A stretch of DNA of 64,000 nucleotides from a virus. Below the pieces are notes generated by a model. That model did not search any database. It was not told where the DNA came from and worked only from the letters and a program-made list of their open reading frames with translations. The stretch is from positions 51,599 through 115,598 of the IMG/VR virus record IMGVR_UViG_3300031918_000006; one strand, written 5' to 3'. The position numbers and the translations under genes were made by a program. Below are positions 11,401 to 19,713 of this stretch, in pieces. Each line of letters opens with the position of its first letter. Positions within the stretch are counted from its first letter, which is position 1.

Positions 11401-12637
11401 TAAAGGATTAACCTGGACTTATACTGAACCTAAGTTGTATATTTTAAGAGGTAAACAATATATGAAGAAACTCTATATGAATTACTTAGAAGTACACGGT
11501 TTACTTAATTATGAACCCAACATACATGATAGTGTAAGAATTGGTGATATAGTTACTGAAACATGGAAGTACCAAGGAGATGATGTTAAAATGGACTCTA
11601 TGATTACTGCTAAAACTCCTACAGGATTATGGGTGGAACGTTTAGGAAAAAGTCCTTCAGGGGATTCTATTTCGGTTAGAAAAAAGATATATAGACATAG
11701 AGAAGGAGTTGAATATCCTCAGATCTCAGATGTATACTTACATAAAAAACGTGATACTACCTCAACTTCTAGAGAAGACGCTAAAAGTAGACAAACTAAT
11801 CTTTTAATTGGTAATACTCAGTATGAAGAGAAGATTAAAAATCTAGATCAGGAAACTAAAGAAAGAAAAGCAAGTACTTTAAAAAAACCACTTAAAGCTT
11901 CTTTAGATACTGATAATTTCTATAAGAGTAGAGATTCGGAAAGTAAGATTATGGAAATTGTAGATAAACTACAATCTACTTATAATGTGCCTATTATAAT
12001 GCTTAGAACTAATGAGATTGCTCAAAGTTTTGGTGATATTTTAGGAACTGATGCTACTAAAGTTAGAGGATTTATAAATGAGGGTAAAGTTTATATAAAT
12101 TTAGATAAAGCTTCTTCTGCAGAACCTCTACATGAGATGGCACATATTATATTAGAGAGTATTAAAGCCAATGACTATAATTTATATCAAACGGTTATTA
12201 ATTCTGTTAAGTCTCATCCATACTATGATGCTATAGCTAAAAATTATCCTAATAGGGCCCCGGAAGACTTAGATGAAGAAGTATTTGTTTCTATTTTTGG
12301 AGAAAAATATAGAACAGTTACTCATAATCAATATAATAAGTCTTGGTATGATCAAAATGAAAGTATATTTACAAATATCTGGAATTATATGAAAAATACT
12401 TTTGCTTCTATTTTTGACAATAAATCTATCTTGGATATTCCAAATGAAAAGCTTGCTATGATGCCTTTAGACGAATTAATTAGTACCTTTGGGGACAATT
12501 TGATGGAAGGTAAATTTAAACACGTTTTAAATTATGATACATCAACTCTTGAGAGAAAAGTGACCAATTTAAAGACAAATCTTTTATCAAATGAAGATGA
12601 ATCAGAAAGTTACCTTAGAAAAACTTGTAATACTTAA
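8453..12637 (+). CDS. Giant virion/ejection protein with two zincin-like HExxH motifs and SH3/KOW-like repeats
   Basis: LAHELTH (~8963-8980) and PLHEMAH (12131-12145), each followed by a downstream Glu (ANEIIA, DEEVFV). Repeated xxGDxV(K/T) strands in the middle. Confidence 0.7.
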   Translation: MACTLTFTLGGIKYNIPAEGNLADYDGKNLTDILGSLDSHTQINLLENILKYSNIQPYDYEENPTVTNLIASNNIPNISVSKLTEKLGDLVLPDGSNHFKLRQVVLSMLNEKTDKISLVSAQITDGSKKGHGVFISQTGSIYVHAKPNDKIDTLEDYFLGKDSKVLLERLAHELTHSKLDALMVNQPELAKELVEEWNSKKGGLSDEFKSIKSSIDKLKTNEAKANEIIAYYFSDFQLQGAYQSKTLEDAFKSMVSNIIPLETIVSTSTPGYFDSSNPYEDYDHSRYKNHWDDPVWQYRHPELEPPFTGDTNASLQKMVAEIDPTSENYQADKAKQILARFNANTSDIQENSEFKYQKYDVSYGAPIVIDDFNRDIQILRLAENDLVLVSKDIFLNPKTKEWEARPTKKGEEKSSYRPVISTYINANNEVMINLPIKDGSGKTYSLPAKFVESLRKYDGDLIDTPYNKEKAKEYADWMVANVNSAYGDDPADSSIIRTIDITSKTGKSFQISVASNYESYGFKFYNQESAREIYDGAEVGDVVKVFIKEKGDKKAGGYRAKILRKFGNSVEVVTSKGAVLIVKPSAINEVIYLKENHPDFLSQVENIDKGTISQDLIDDGNSQFRKYRKVNFVSQNKKDGEFQDKINDYFDIYSKEDSAIKVERRRAEVKKLKAGDLIKVKWYYTDTKTKEDREVSHWYPVVTKTSDLVYYYNSTSEKVSSVNILDGKGYEIYGLAINNTNSSKLFDEFNEIRKSIEGLRRDDTGTLLSDDAIKNNLGEALRNAEPSSLQDIYHITEIEDVDEVAAGEDNDLKLSVSQVQRGSIVKAYVFDIDEEGRDKKTKIYKWFVVTGFDENTGRPICVTQTKDKNGKTGVYKEYPIEFQNIKAIGHRLTDNADLGIYGNKTLKEYLDKLRKTFDTISEPIFITQAETPKYERSNRTFNTALYGLLKNGKMGYAVSDKYVIEQFKDKTDFEEWKKNTPEAKGLTWTYTEPKLYILRGKQYMKKLYMNYLEVHGLLNYEPNIHDSVRIGDIVTETWKYQGDDVKMDSMITAKTPTGLWVERLGKSPSGDSISVRKKIYRHREGVEYPQISDVYLHKKRDTTSTSREDAKSRQTNLLIGNTQYEEKIKNLDQETKERKASTLKKPLKASLDTDNFYKSRDSESKIMEIVDKLQSTYNVPIIMLRTNEIAQSFGDILGTDATKVRGFINEGKVYINLDKASSAEPLHEMAHIILESIKANDYNLYQTVINSVKSHPYYDAIAKNYPNRAPEDLDEEVFVSIFGEKYRTVTHNQYNKSWYDQNESIFTNIWNYMKNTFASIFDNKSILDIPNEKLAMMPLDELISTFGDNLMEGKFKHVLNYDTSTLERKVTNLKTNLLSNEDESESYLRKTCNT

Positions 12638-12647
12638 AATAATATAA

Positions 12648-15600
12648 ATGAGTAAATGTAAATTCACCTTAACAGTAAAAGGTAATAATATAGAATTTGA
12701 TACTGAAGAACAATTAAATTCATATCTTAAAACCAATTATGACACTCTTTCTAGAGGTCATATTGGCGGAGATGTGGAATTATCTACTGTATTAGAAGGG
12801 AAAGAAAAGACAAAATTAGAACAAACTGTGGCTAAATTACAAACCATTGCTTCAAAGACTCCTGAGATAACTACTGTAGAGTTTAACGAGAATGGTGAGA
12901 GAGTAATTAAATCAGCCTATGAAGGTGTTACTAAAAGAATAAAGCGTCTTGCAAAAGCCGGGGGATTACCTGTGACTTATTATGATGAAAAAAATTATAT
13001 TGATAATAGATTGATTCAAATACGAAGCGCACTTCGTAGGGGGGTAGGTCCGGAAACTTTAAAGGCAGACTATGCTAATATTATCTCTAAATTTACCACA
13101 GGAGTTGAGCAATTAAAAGGAGCAGAGTCTGAAACTTATGATAAGCTAACTAAAGCTCTTATTATGCCTTTAATTATTAAAGAACAGGCACAAAGAAAAT
13201 TATTGGGAACATTTGGAACAAACTTACATAGAATGGCAGAGACATACTTTGCAAACAGATTAGAAAACTCAGATAAGTCTTTTTCCATTGGTAATTTCCC
13301 CGCAGGTATTACAAATCTTTCTACAGAAGGAAAAGAAAATTATTTACAGTATTTAAAAGAATTAACTAACTTTTTAAAGTCAGAACATGGAGATGATGTA
13401 GTTCTTCTCCCAGAATATAAAATATTTGATGATGCTACCAAATTAGTAGGAATTATTGACTTATTAGCAATAGATAGTATGGGTAAAGTTCATATTTATG
13501 ACTTTAAAGCCTCATATAAAGATCCTTCTGATTGGCATTCAGCTAAACAGATTGAATTTAAATATCAATTAGGCATTTATTCTAATATGTTGAAAAATAA
13601 AGGATTTGATGTACGTGGAATACAGGTTTTACCTATTACCATGCTTGATATTAATTTTGATGATGAAACTATTCCAAGATTAGCCGAACATCTTCCTTTT
13701 GATGCAAGTCCCTCTGAAGATATTAAATATAATATCAATAATAGTGTTATTCCTTTAACAACTGCTGCTTTCTTTGAATCTACATCTAATAGTCATGCTA
13801 TTATCACTGAAAATCTAAAAAAGGCTTGGGGATACAATTTAAAATTAAAATCATCCTACGCTAATGTTCAAGCTTTTAAAGATAGTAGTAGAGTTACAAC
13901 TGATATAAATAAACCTGGAGTATTCACTTTCTGGGATAATATTAAACGTAAGTTTATTGATAATACTGCTGAGAGTTTAGATAAAAACATTGAGAATTAC
14001 TTAAAATCAGAAGCTGAGGCAACCTCTTCTGAGTTACTCCGTTTTAAAGATTGGATGATTGCCTCTATTGCTGGGAAAAAACAACTTATAGACTTCAAAA
14101 GAAGAAGTGAGATAGGTAATATTCATATGGTAAGAGCTTTTGAAAAATATACTAAAGGAGGATGGACTTTAGTTGCAGATGATGCAGATCTAGATAGTTT
14201 AGGACTTTTAATGTTTGTAAATGAATCTAATAAGTCCGTAGAATTTGTATCTTATACAGTAAATGCTTTAAATAAAAAGGTTAAACTTCCAATTGGTTCT
14301 ACTATAGTAGGAAACTTTATTTCTGATGGTAAAGGACTTGAATTACCTGATTTATTACCAGCTACAAATGGCAACATAGAATTATTAAAGACTTATTTCT
14401 ATATTAATGAAAATGCAGAAAAATTAAAAGATTTTACTGTAGGTAGAGTTATGGCTTATAATCCAATTAATTCTGAATTTGTAGTATATAACAATGATGT
14501 GCTTAAAACTAATTTTGGATATTTAATCTCTAGATTAGAAGGTAAAAATACAACTTTAGAAGTAAATACTACTGATAAATTATTAGCTCTTCATAATCAA
14601 TTTGTTGAAATTATAACTGAACCTTCTACTTCACAATCAGAAAAAGATTTAGTGAATAAATACTTAACCACTTTAAATGATTACCAGAACACTGGCCGTA
14701 TGGAGAGTCTTAAAATTATACAAAAAGATTTACATATGTTATTGAACAAATATGGTCAACATAAAGTAAATAGTTTTATGTTATTTGAGGAAAAACTCTA
14801 TGGTATGATCAGTGAGGCTATTGTAGCAGAAGCTGACTTAAGAATTTCTACCTCAGAAAAAGATATTCCTAAATATAGTGCAAATGGTACTATGCTTTCT
14901 AATCCTGGAAGTATTGGCTCTCGTAATTTACGTGTATTTGTGGATGTAATTAAGTTATCTATGCATAAAATACGTAGAAGACAAACTGAATTCAAAGCAA
15001 CTAACGTTGAGATCTTTGATAAGTATCTAACTTCTAAAGGAAAAACTAATTTACGTAGAGCTACTGTTGGAGACAACATTAGGGCTTATGATTCTTTGTT
15101 TGAGGGAAATTCTCCTAATAAAGAACTTATTTTAAAGAATCCATATGATAAAAATACTCCACTAAATAATGAGGAAAGAGAATTTTTAAAGTATTTCTTA
15201 AAAGAAATTAATTTTAGAAGATTTAACACTCAATCTCTTGATTCTGAAACAGCTCAAGACATGATTTCAAGTAAGGAATGGTTTAAATTGCCTTTATTAA
15301 GAGCATCTAGTTCTTCAAAAGCTTCTAATATGAGTCTTAAAGGATTAAGAGATGCTACTACAGAAAATTGGAATAGTTTCTTAAATACTAATCACTTATT
15401 TGATGAGAAAGATGAACAAGCTGTAAAAAACAGAAGTGAGGATATGTTTACTATGTTTAATGAGTTTAATTTTCATGCACATCCTGATGCTCGTATGAAA
15501 TTGATCGAGCAGCAGAGTCCTAATGCATTTGAAACTAATTTAGAGAGAGTTTTAGACAATTTTGTATTTTCCGCTATTAGAAAAGAAGAATATGATGACA

Positions 15601-17078
15601 TGTTACCTATTGCTAATGCTGTACGTACTACTATCGCTTATAATGGATTTGGAGTAAACATTCCAGTTCCTAATGCCTTAGAATTTATGGATAAGTACTC
15701 ACAAGCAGCTGTTTTCAATGAAAAATCTATACCACCTGAATTAAGAGGAGTATACAAAGGGATTAGTATAATTAAGGATATTACTAGTAAAATGAACTTA
15801 GGTATTAACCCATTAAGTGGTTTTGTTAATACTTTACAGGGTTTATGGGGTAATGTGTCTAGAATTACTGCTGGTAAGTACCCAAACATGTTCGGAAAAG
15901 AAGATTATTTTTGGGCTTTGAATCATTTTTGCAAAGATTCCTCTGAATCTATGACTAAATTGACTGTTTTGGAGAATTTAAACATGATTTATGGTATCAA
16001 TAATATGGATATTAATATCCTCTCAGAGGTCATGTCAAAGAATAATAGTGGTCTTTTAAACTTCAAATCCAAGTATTTATACTGGATGGCGTATGCTCCT
16101 GACTATTTTAATCGTATGACTCTTTTTATTGCTCAAATGCATAAAGATGGTTGTTTTGAAGCTCATAAGATGGTTGGAAACCAAATGGTATATGATTGGA
16201 CACTTGATAAAAGATTCTCTGAGTATGCTAAAGGAAACACTTCACACCCAGACTATAATAATCAATTCTCTTTATATATGGCTGTTTTAGCTGATTTTAA
16301 TAAAGAAGGGTATGCCTTAACAAAAGGACAAGCACTACCTTATGCTTATACTGGAGCGCAAAGAGAGAGTATGAAAATGTTCTCTGATAGTATTCATGGT
16401 TACTATGACCATGAAAGTAAAACACTTGCAAATAATACTATTTTAGGGGTTTTATTCTTTCAGTTTAAGACCTGGATTACTGCTAAAAAAGATCAATGGG
16501 CTCTTCATCCTGATACATATGCTATTGGGGATTATGGACCACTTGTCTTAGATGGGGTAAAGCAATTTATAGATAAAGATGGAAATCAGACTACTGAAGA
16601 TACTGGTATGCCTATGATGAAAATGCAAGGCTCTTTTCAAGAGGGTATATTATATTCATTAAAAGGTATGGCTCAAGATTTTCAAGAAGCTAAATGGGAT
16701 ATTGGTAAATTATGGGAAATGACGAAAGAACATCCTGAGAGAATGTCTAATATGAAATTAATGCTTTTTGATTTAGGAGTAGTTATAGCTATGGCAATTA
16801 CAACAGGTCTTATTGATTGGGATCAACTAAAAAAAGATGACACTTATGCTTATACTATGTATAGAGCCATTATCAGATCTAGTTCAGATTTAAATGTTTT
16901 AAATAACGTTACCACTGTATTAGATATGAAAAAGTCACCATTTATGTCGTTTAACTATATGGGAGATTTAATTTATGGGATGGGACCTGTATTAACAGGT
17001 GATCAAGATTTCTCTAAATATCTCTTCACAAATACTGGTCTTTTGAGGCCGTTTACACCGCTGCTTGCAACAAAGTAA
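12648..17078 (+). CDS. Giant virion/ejection protein with N-terminal PD-(D/E)xK (RecB/Cas4-like) nuclease domain and C-terminal hydrophobic helices
   Basis: GTNLH...E...GIIDLL...IYDFK...YQLGIY nuclease motifs. C-terminal LMLFDLGVVIAMAITTGLI is transmembrane-like. Confidence 0.75.
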   Translation: MSKCKFTLTVKGNNIEFDTEEQLNSYLKTNYDTLSRGHIGGDVELSTVLEGKEKTKLEQTVAKLQTIASKTPEITTVEFNENGERVIKSAYEGVTKRIKRLAKAGGLPVTYYDEKNYIDNRLIQIRSALRRGVGPETLKADYANIISKFTTGVEQLKGAESETYDKLTKALIMPLIIKEQAQRKLLGTFGTNLHRMAETYFANRLENSDKSFSIGNFPAGITNLSTEGKENYLQYLKELTNFLKSEHGDDVVLLPEYKIFDDATKLVGIIDLLAIDSMGKVHIYDFKASYKDPSDWHSAKQIEFKYQLGIYSNMLKNKGFDVRGIQVLPITMLDINFDDETIPRLAEHLPFDASPSEDIKYNINNSVIPLTTAAFFESTSNSHAIITENLKKAWGYNLKLKSSYANVQAFKDSSRVTTDINKPGVFTFWDNIKRKFIDNTAESLDKNIENYLKSEAEATSSELLRFKDWMIASIAGKKQLIDFKRRSEIGNIHMVRAFEKYTKGGWTLVADDADLDSLGLLMFVNESNKSVEFVSYTVNALNKKVKLPIGSTIVGNFISDGKGLELPDLLPATNGNIELLKTYFYINENAEKLKDFTVGRVMAYNPINSEFVVYNNDVLKTNFGYLISRLEGKNTTLEVNTTDKLLALHNQFVEIITEPSTSQSEKDLVNKYLTTLNDYQNTGRMESLKIIQKDLHMLLNKYGQHKVNSFMLFEEKLYGMISEAIVAEADLRISTSEKDIPKYSANGTMLSNPGSIGSRNLRVFVDVIKLSMHKIRRRQTEFKATNVEIFDKYLTSKGKTNLRRATVGDNIRAYDSLFEGNSPNKELILKNPYDKNTPLNNEEREFLKYFLKEINFRRFNTQSLDSETAQDMISSKEWFKLPLLRASSSSKASNMSLKGLRDATTENWNSFLNTNHLFDEKDEQAVKNRSEDMFTMFNEFNFHAHPDARMKLIEQQSPNAFETNLERVLDNFVFSAIRKEEYDDMLPIANAVRTTIAYNGFGVNIPVPNALEFMDKYSQAAVFNEKSIPPELRGVYKGISIIKDITSKMNLGINPLSGFVNTLQGLWGNVSRITAGKYPNMFGKEDYFWALNHFCKDSSESMTKLTVLENLNMIYGINNMDINILSEVMSKNNSGLLNFKSKYLYWMAYAPDYFNRMTLFIAQMHKDGCFEAHKMVGNQMVYDWTLDKRFSEYAKGNTSHPDYNNQFSLYMAVLADFNKEGYALTKGQALPYAYTGAQRESMKMFSDSIHGYYDHESKTLANNTILGVLFFQFKTWITAKKDQWALHPDTYAIGDYGPLVLDGVKQFIDKDGNQTTEDTGMPMMKMQGSFQEGILYSLKGMAQDFQEAKWDIGKLWEMTKEHPERMSNMKLMLFDLGVVIAMAITTGLIDWDQLKKDDTYAYTMYRAIIRSSSDLNVLNNVTTVLDMKKSPFMSFNYMGDLIYGMGPVLTGDQDFSKYLFTNTGLLRPFTPLLATK

Positions 17079-17122
17079 AAAAATAGCCCCTTAGAAATTT
17101 CTTTCTAAGGGGCTTTTAATTT
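17079..17122. terminator. Bidirectional intrinsic terminator at the strand switch
   Basis: Perfect 13-bp stem AGCCCCTTAGAAA (17085-17097) / TTTCTAAGGGGCT (17102-17114), with an A-run on the left and T-rich tail on the right, between convergent genes. Confidence 0.9.
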
Positions 17123-17808
17123 TATGAGGAAAACATTTTAAAATATTCAGTGATTGAGGTACCTAAAGCATCTACAAAACCTTTTTTAGCTCGATCTGAA
17201 TGTTTAGTACCATCAAACCAATCTTTTACTGTACCTGTGCCAAGTAAATGAGCTGCAGCAGCCATTCCATTCTCTGTAATTGGTATTCCTTTGAAACTAG
17301 TGCCTATATACTTCAAGTAAGGGGTCAACTTTTTAAGATTAATAGTTTTATAATTCAAAGCAGCATTATGTTGTGCATTTAAATCTGTATCATAATCTTG
17401 AGCAAGAATACCCACAGTTTTTAAACTATCATCATTAAATTGATATAGTCCTCTGTAAGATCCTTGTGTAGCAGTAGGTATTAAAGAGGATTCTCTTAAT
17501 CCTAATTTATATAAATAGTCTTTATTATACTCAGAAGTAGGTAACTGCTTTATTGATTGTATACTCTGTTGGACAGTTGGATTATTGGTATTAAAAGGGA
17601 CTTTTTTCTTTACAGGATAAGGAGTTTCTTCAGTAGGTCCATCTATTTCAGTCGATCCACCAGCTATTCCAGGTAATCCTGCCATAAAGTCCATATATTC
17701 TTTTAAATAAGGAGAGGGTTCTGGTATAGTAGAATCTATGCTTGTGGGTTTCACACCATTACGATAATTATTGATTTTTTCTTTAGAGGATTGATTAAGT
17801 AGGTCCAT
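17122..17808 (-). CDS. Lysozyme-fold / lytic transglycosylase-like protein
   Basis: RESS catalytic Glu, GLYQF motif, AAAHLLG helix. Confidence 0.7.
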   Translation of the reverse strand: MDLLNQSSKEKINNYRNGVKPTSIDSTIPEPSPYLKEYMDFMAGLPGIAGGSTEIDGPTEETPYPVKKKVPFNTNNPTVQQSIQSIKQLPTSEYNKDYLYKLGLRESSLIPTATQGSYRGLYQFNDDSLKTVGILAQDYDTDLNAQHNAALNYKTINLKKLTPYLKYIGTSFKGIPITENGMAAAAHLLGTGTVKDWFDGTKHSDRAKKGFVDALGTSITEYFKMFSS

Positions 17809-17828
17809 GTTCTTAGTTTTTGTTCAGA

Positions 17829-17859
17829 CAAAAATACGAAAAAAAAATACCCCACGCAA
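17829..17859 (-). promoter_or_regulatory. Bacteroidota sigma-A type promoter for the transglycosylase gene
   Basis: Minus strand TTG, 20 nt spacer, TATTTTTG (matches TAnnTTTG), about 20 nt upstream of the ATG. Confidence 0.55.
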
Positions 17860-17882
17860 GACTTTCGTCTCACATGGGGTAT
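17839..17882 (-). terminator. Intrinsic terminator
   Basis: ATACCCCA/TGGGGTAT outer stem with AGAC/GTCT inner stem, followed by a 9-U run on the minus strand. Confidence 0.8.
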
Positions 17883-17884
17883 AA

Positions 17885-18124
17885 TTATTTTTCAATAGGT
17901 TTTCTAAAGGATCTTTTGATTTGATTAGAAAAACTAGGCTTGATTATCTGTCGTTTCTGTTTCCTAGATAATGTCTGGAATTTTTCCATAGTCTCAAGCA
18001 TTTTTTTGTAATTTTCAGAGCTGTTTTGAACTTCTTCCATTGTAGTAGGAGTACTAAAATCAAACGCTGGATCTCTATCATTGAGATTGTTTTCTTCTGA
18101 GTAGTTTATTAGTCTATCTTGCAT
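17885..18124 (-). CDS. Hypothetical protein
   Basis: 79-aa ORF in operon context. Confidence 0.6.
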   Translation of the reverse strand: MQDRLINYSEENNLNDRDPAFDFSTPTTMEEVQNSSENYKKMLETMEKFQTLSRKQKRQIIKPSFSNQIKRSFRKPIEK

Positions 18125-18130
18125 TTTTTA

Positions 18131-18325
18131 TTAATTAATAAATAACTGCCCATCTTCATCGACTTTTATCGAGCATGCACAATTAATTCCTCGTACACCT
18201 TCATCCACTTCAATATCATCAGAAAGCTTACCATTTCCAAATTTAATTTGAACAAAATAAGCAGACCAAAATCCTGGATAAATTCCAGGAGCTATTATTG
18301 GATATTTTTCTAAACTTTTAGCCAT
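18131..18325 (-). CDS. Hypothetical protein
   Basis: 64-aa ORF; start overlaps the helicase stop. Confidence 0.6.
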   Translation of the reverse strand: MAKSLEKYPIIAPGIYPGFWSAYFVQIKFGNGKLSDDIEVDEGVRGINCACSIKVDEDGQLFIN

Positions 18326-19713
18326 TATTTGTAAATATGTGCTTTATGAGAAGCTCTAGAATAAGCAACATACTTAATCTTGTTTTTCTCAGCAATGTTA
18401 ATATTTTTATTGATATTAGGTTCACTTATAAAAGTATTAATATAAGTACTACCTTGTGCTTTATGACAACTTACAGCATAACCGTAATCGATGTCTTTAG
18501 TCTTTTTACTACCACTAGTGCAGTCTTGCATAAGAGAATGATTTTCTTTAAAAGGAAAGTATTCTTCTGAGAAGCATTTTCTTCTATTTTTACTTTTTGG
18601 TGCAAAATGAAGTGCTTTTTGTAGTAATTCATCATGAGTTCTTAAGTAAGCCCACTCTCCTTTTAATGTAGGTTCTACTATAAAAATCTCATGCACAGTT
18701 ATTCCACCCACTTCTTGTAATCCAGTAATATATCCTGGAACATTAAATGGACTCATAGCCCACTCAACCTTTTTTACTAGATAATCTTCTGAATTTTTTA
18801 TAATAGCACCAGTAGCATCTCTTCCAATATTAGAGTAACTCATTAATACATCTCCTATTACTAAGGGAAGAGTTTCCTCTGGAAATCTCATCTGACGTAT
18901 GATAGTGTTCCATTGCCTTACTGATGCATTGGTCCATGTAAGTAATTTAGCATACAAAGGATTCTCAATATACTCTTTCGAGCAGAATTTTAAGGCAAGT
19001 TGTTGTTTAAACTCTTCTAGATTAAACACTTCTAACCCTTCTCCTAATGTATTTAATATAGTTTTAATCTCTACTTCATCAAGACTTTTTGTAGAATCTC
19101 TTAGCATATCATTTAATATAAGTAAAGGATTTCCATCATTTTGTCTCTCAATTTTTGTTAAGGAGAATCTGGAGAGTTTTTCAGTAAAAACTTTACTTAT
19201 CTTTTCTTTTATAGGGGGAATTTGAGCAGAATCTCCAATGAAGATTATCTTAACTCTAGTTCTTTTAGCTATAATCTTCAAATAATCAAAGAGATCATCA
19301 TTAATCATAGAGGCCTCATCAATGATGAGAATCTCATATAGACTAATTTCATCTCGACCTGTTGGGTCAAATTGTAAATTATTTATATCAAAGTTCTCTA
19401 CGTTTAAATTAGGAGAAAGGCCAAGGAGAGACTGTAAAGTCCTTCCTTGTTCCCCCGTAAATTTAGAGATCACTTTTAATGCTTTATGAGTAGGTGCTGA
19501 AACTACAGCATCTAATTTTAAAGAGTCTAGTAGTTTTTTAATACTACAGCTCTTACCGGTACCAGCAAAACCTTCAAGAACAAACATTTGCTCCTTAGTT
19601 TGAAGCCATGCTTTTATTGTTTCTATTGCTTCTATCTGTTGAGGATTCAGAGTTATCAGAATCCCGGATGGAAGAAGTAATTGATCATCAGGTAAATTAT
19701 TCGTCAGTTTCAC
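18325..19713 (-). CDS. SF1B DNA helicase, Dda/RecD-like
   Basis: GFAGTGKS, APTHKA, IIDEASM, GDSAQIPP, ERQ, YAVSCHKAQGSTY, YVAYSRA. Confidence 0.92.
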   Translation of the reverse strand: MKLTNNLPDDQLLLPSGILITLNPQQIEAIETIKAWLQTKEQMFVLEGFAGTGKSCSIKKLLDSLKLDAVVSAPTHKALKVISKFTGEQGRTLQSLLGLSPNLNVENFDINNLQFDPTGRDEISLYEILIIDEASMINDDLFDYLKIIAKRTRVKIIFIGDSAQIPPIKEKISKVFTEKLSRFSLTKIERQNDGNPLLILNDMLRDSTKSLDEVEIKTILNTLGEGLEVFNLEEFKQQLALKFCSKEYIENPLYAKLLTWTNASVRQWNTIIRQMRFPEETLPLVIGDVLMSYSNIGRDATGAIIKNSEDYLVKKVEWAMSPFNVPGYITGLQEVGGITVHEIFIVEPTLKGEWAYLRTHDELLQKALHFAPKSKNRRKCFSEEYFPFKENHSLMQDCTSGSKKTKDIDYGYAVSCHKAQGSTYINTFISEPNINKNINIAEKNKIKYVAYSRASHKAHIYK

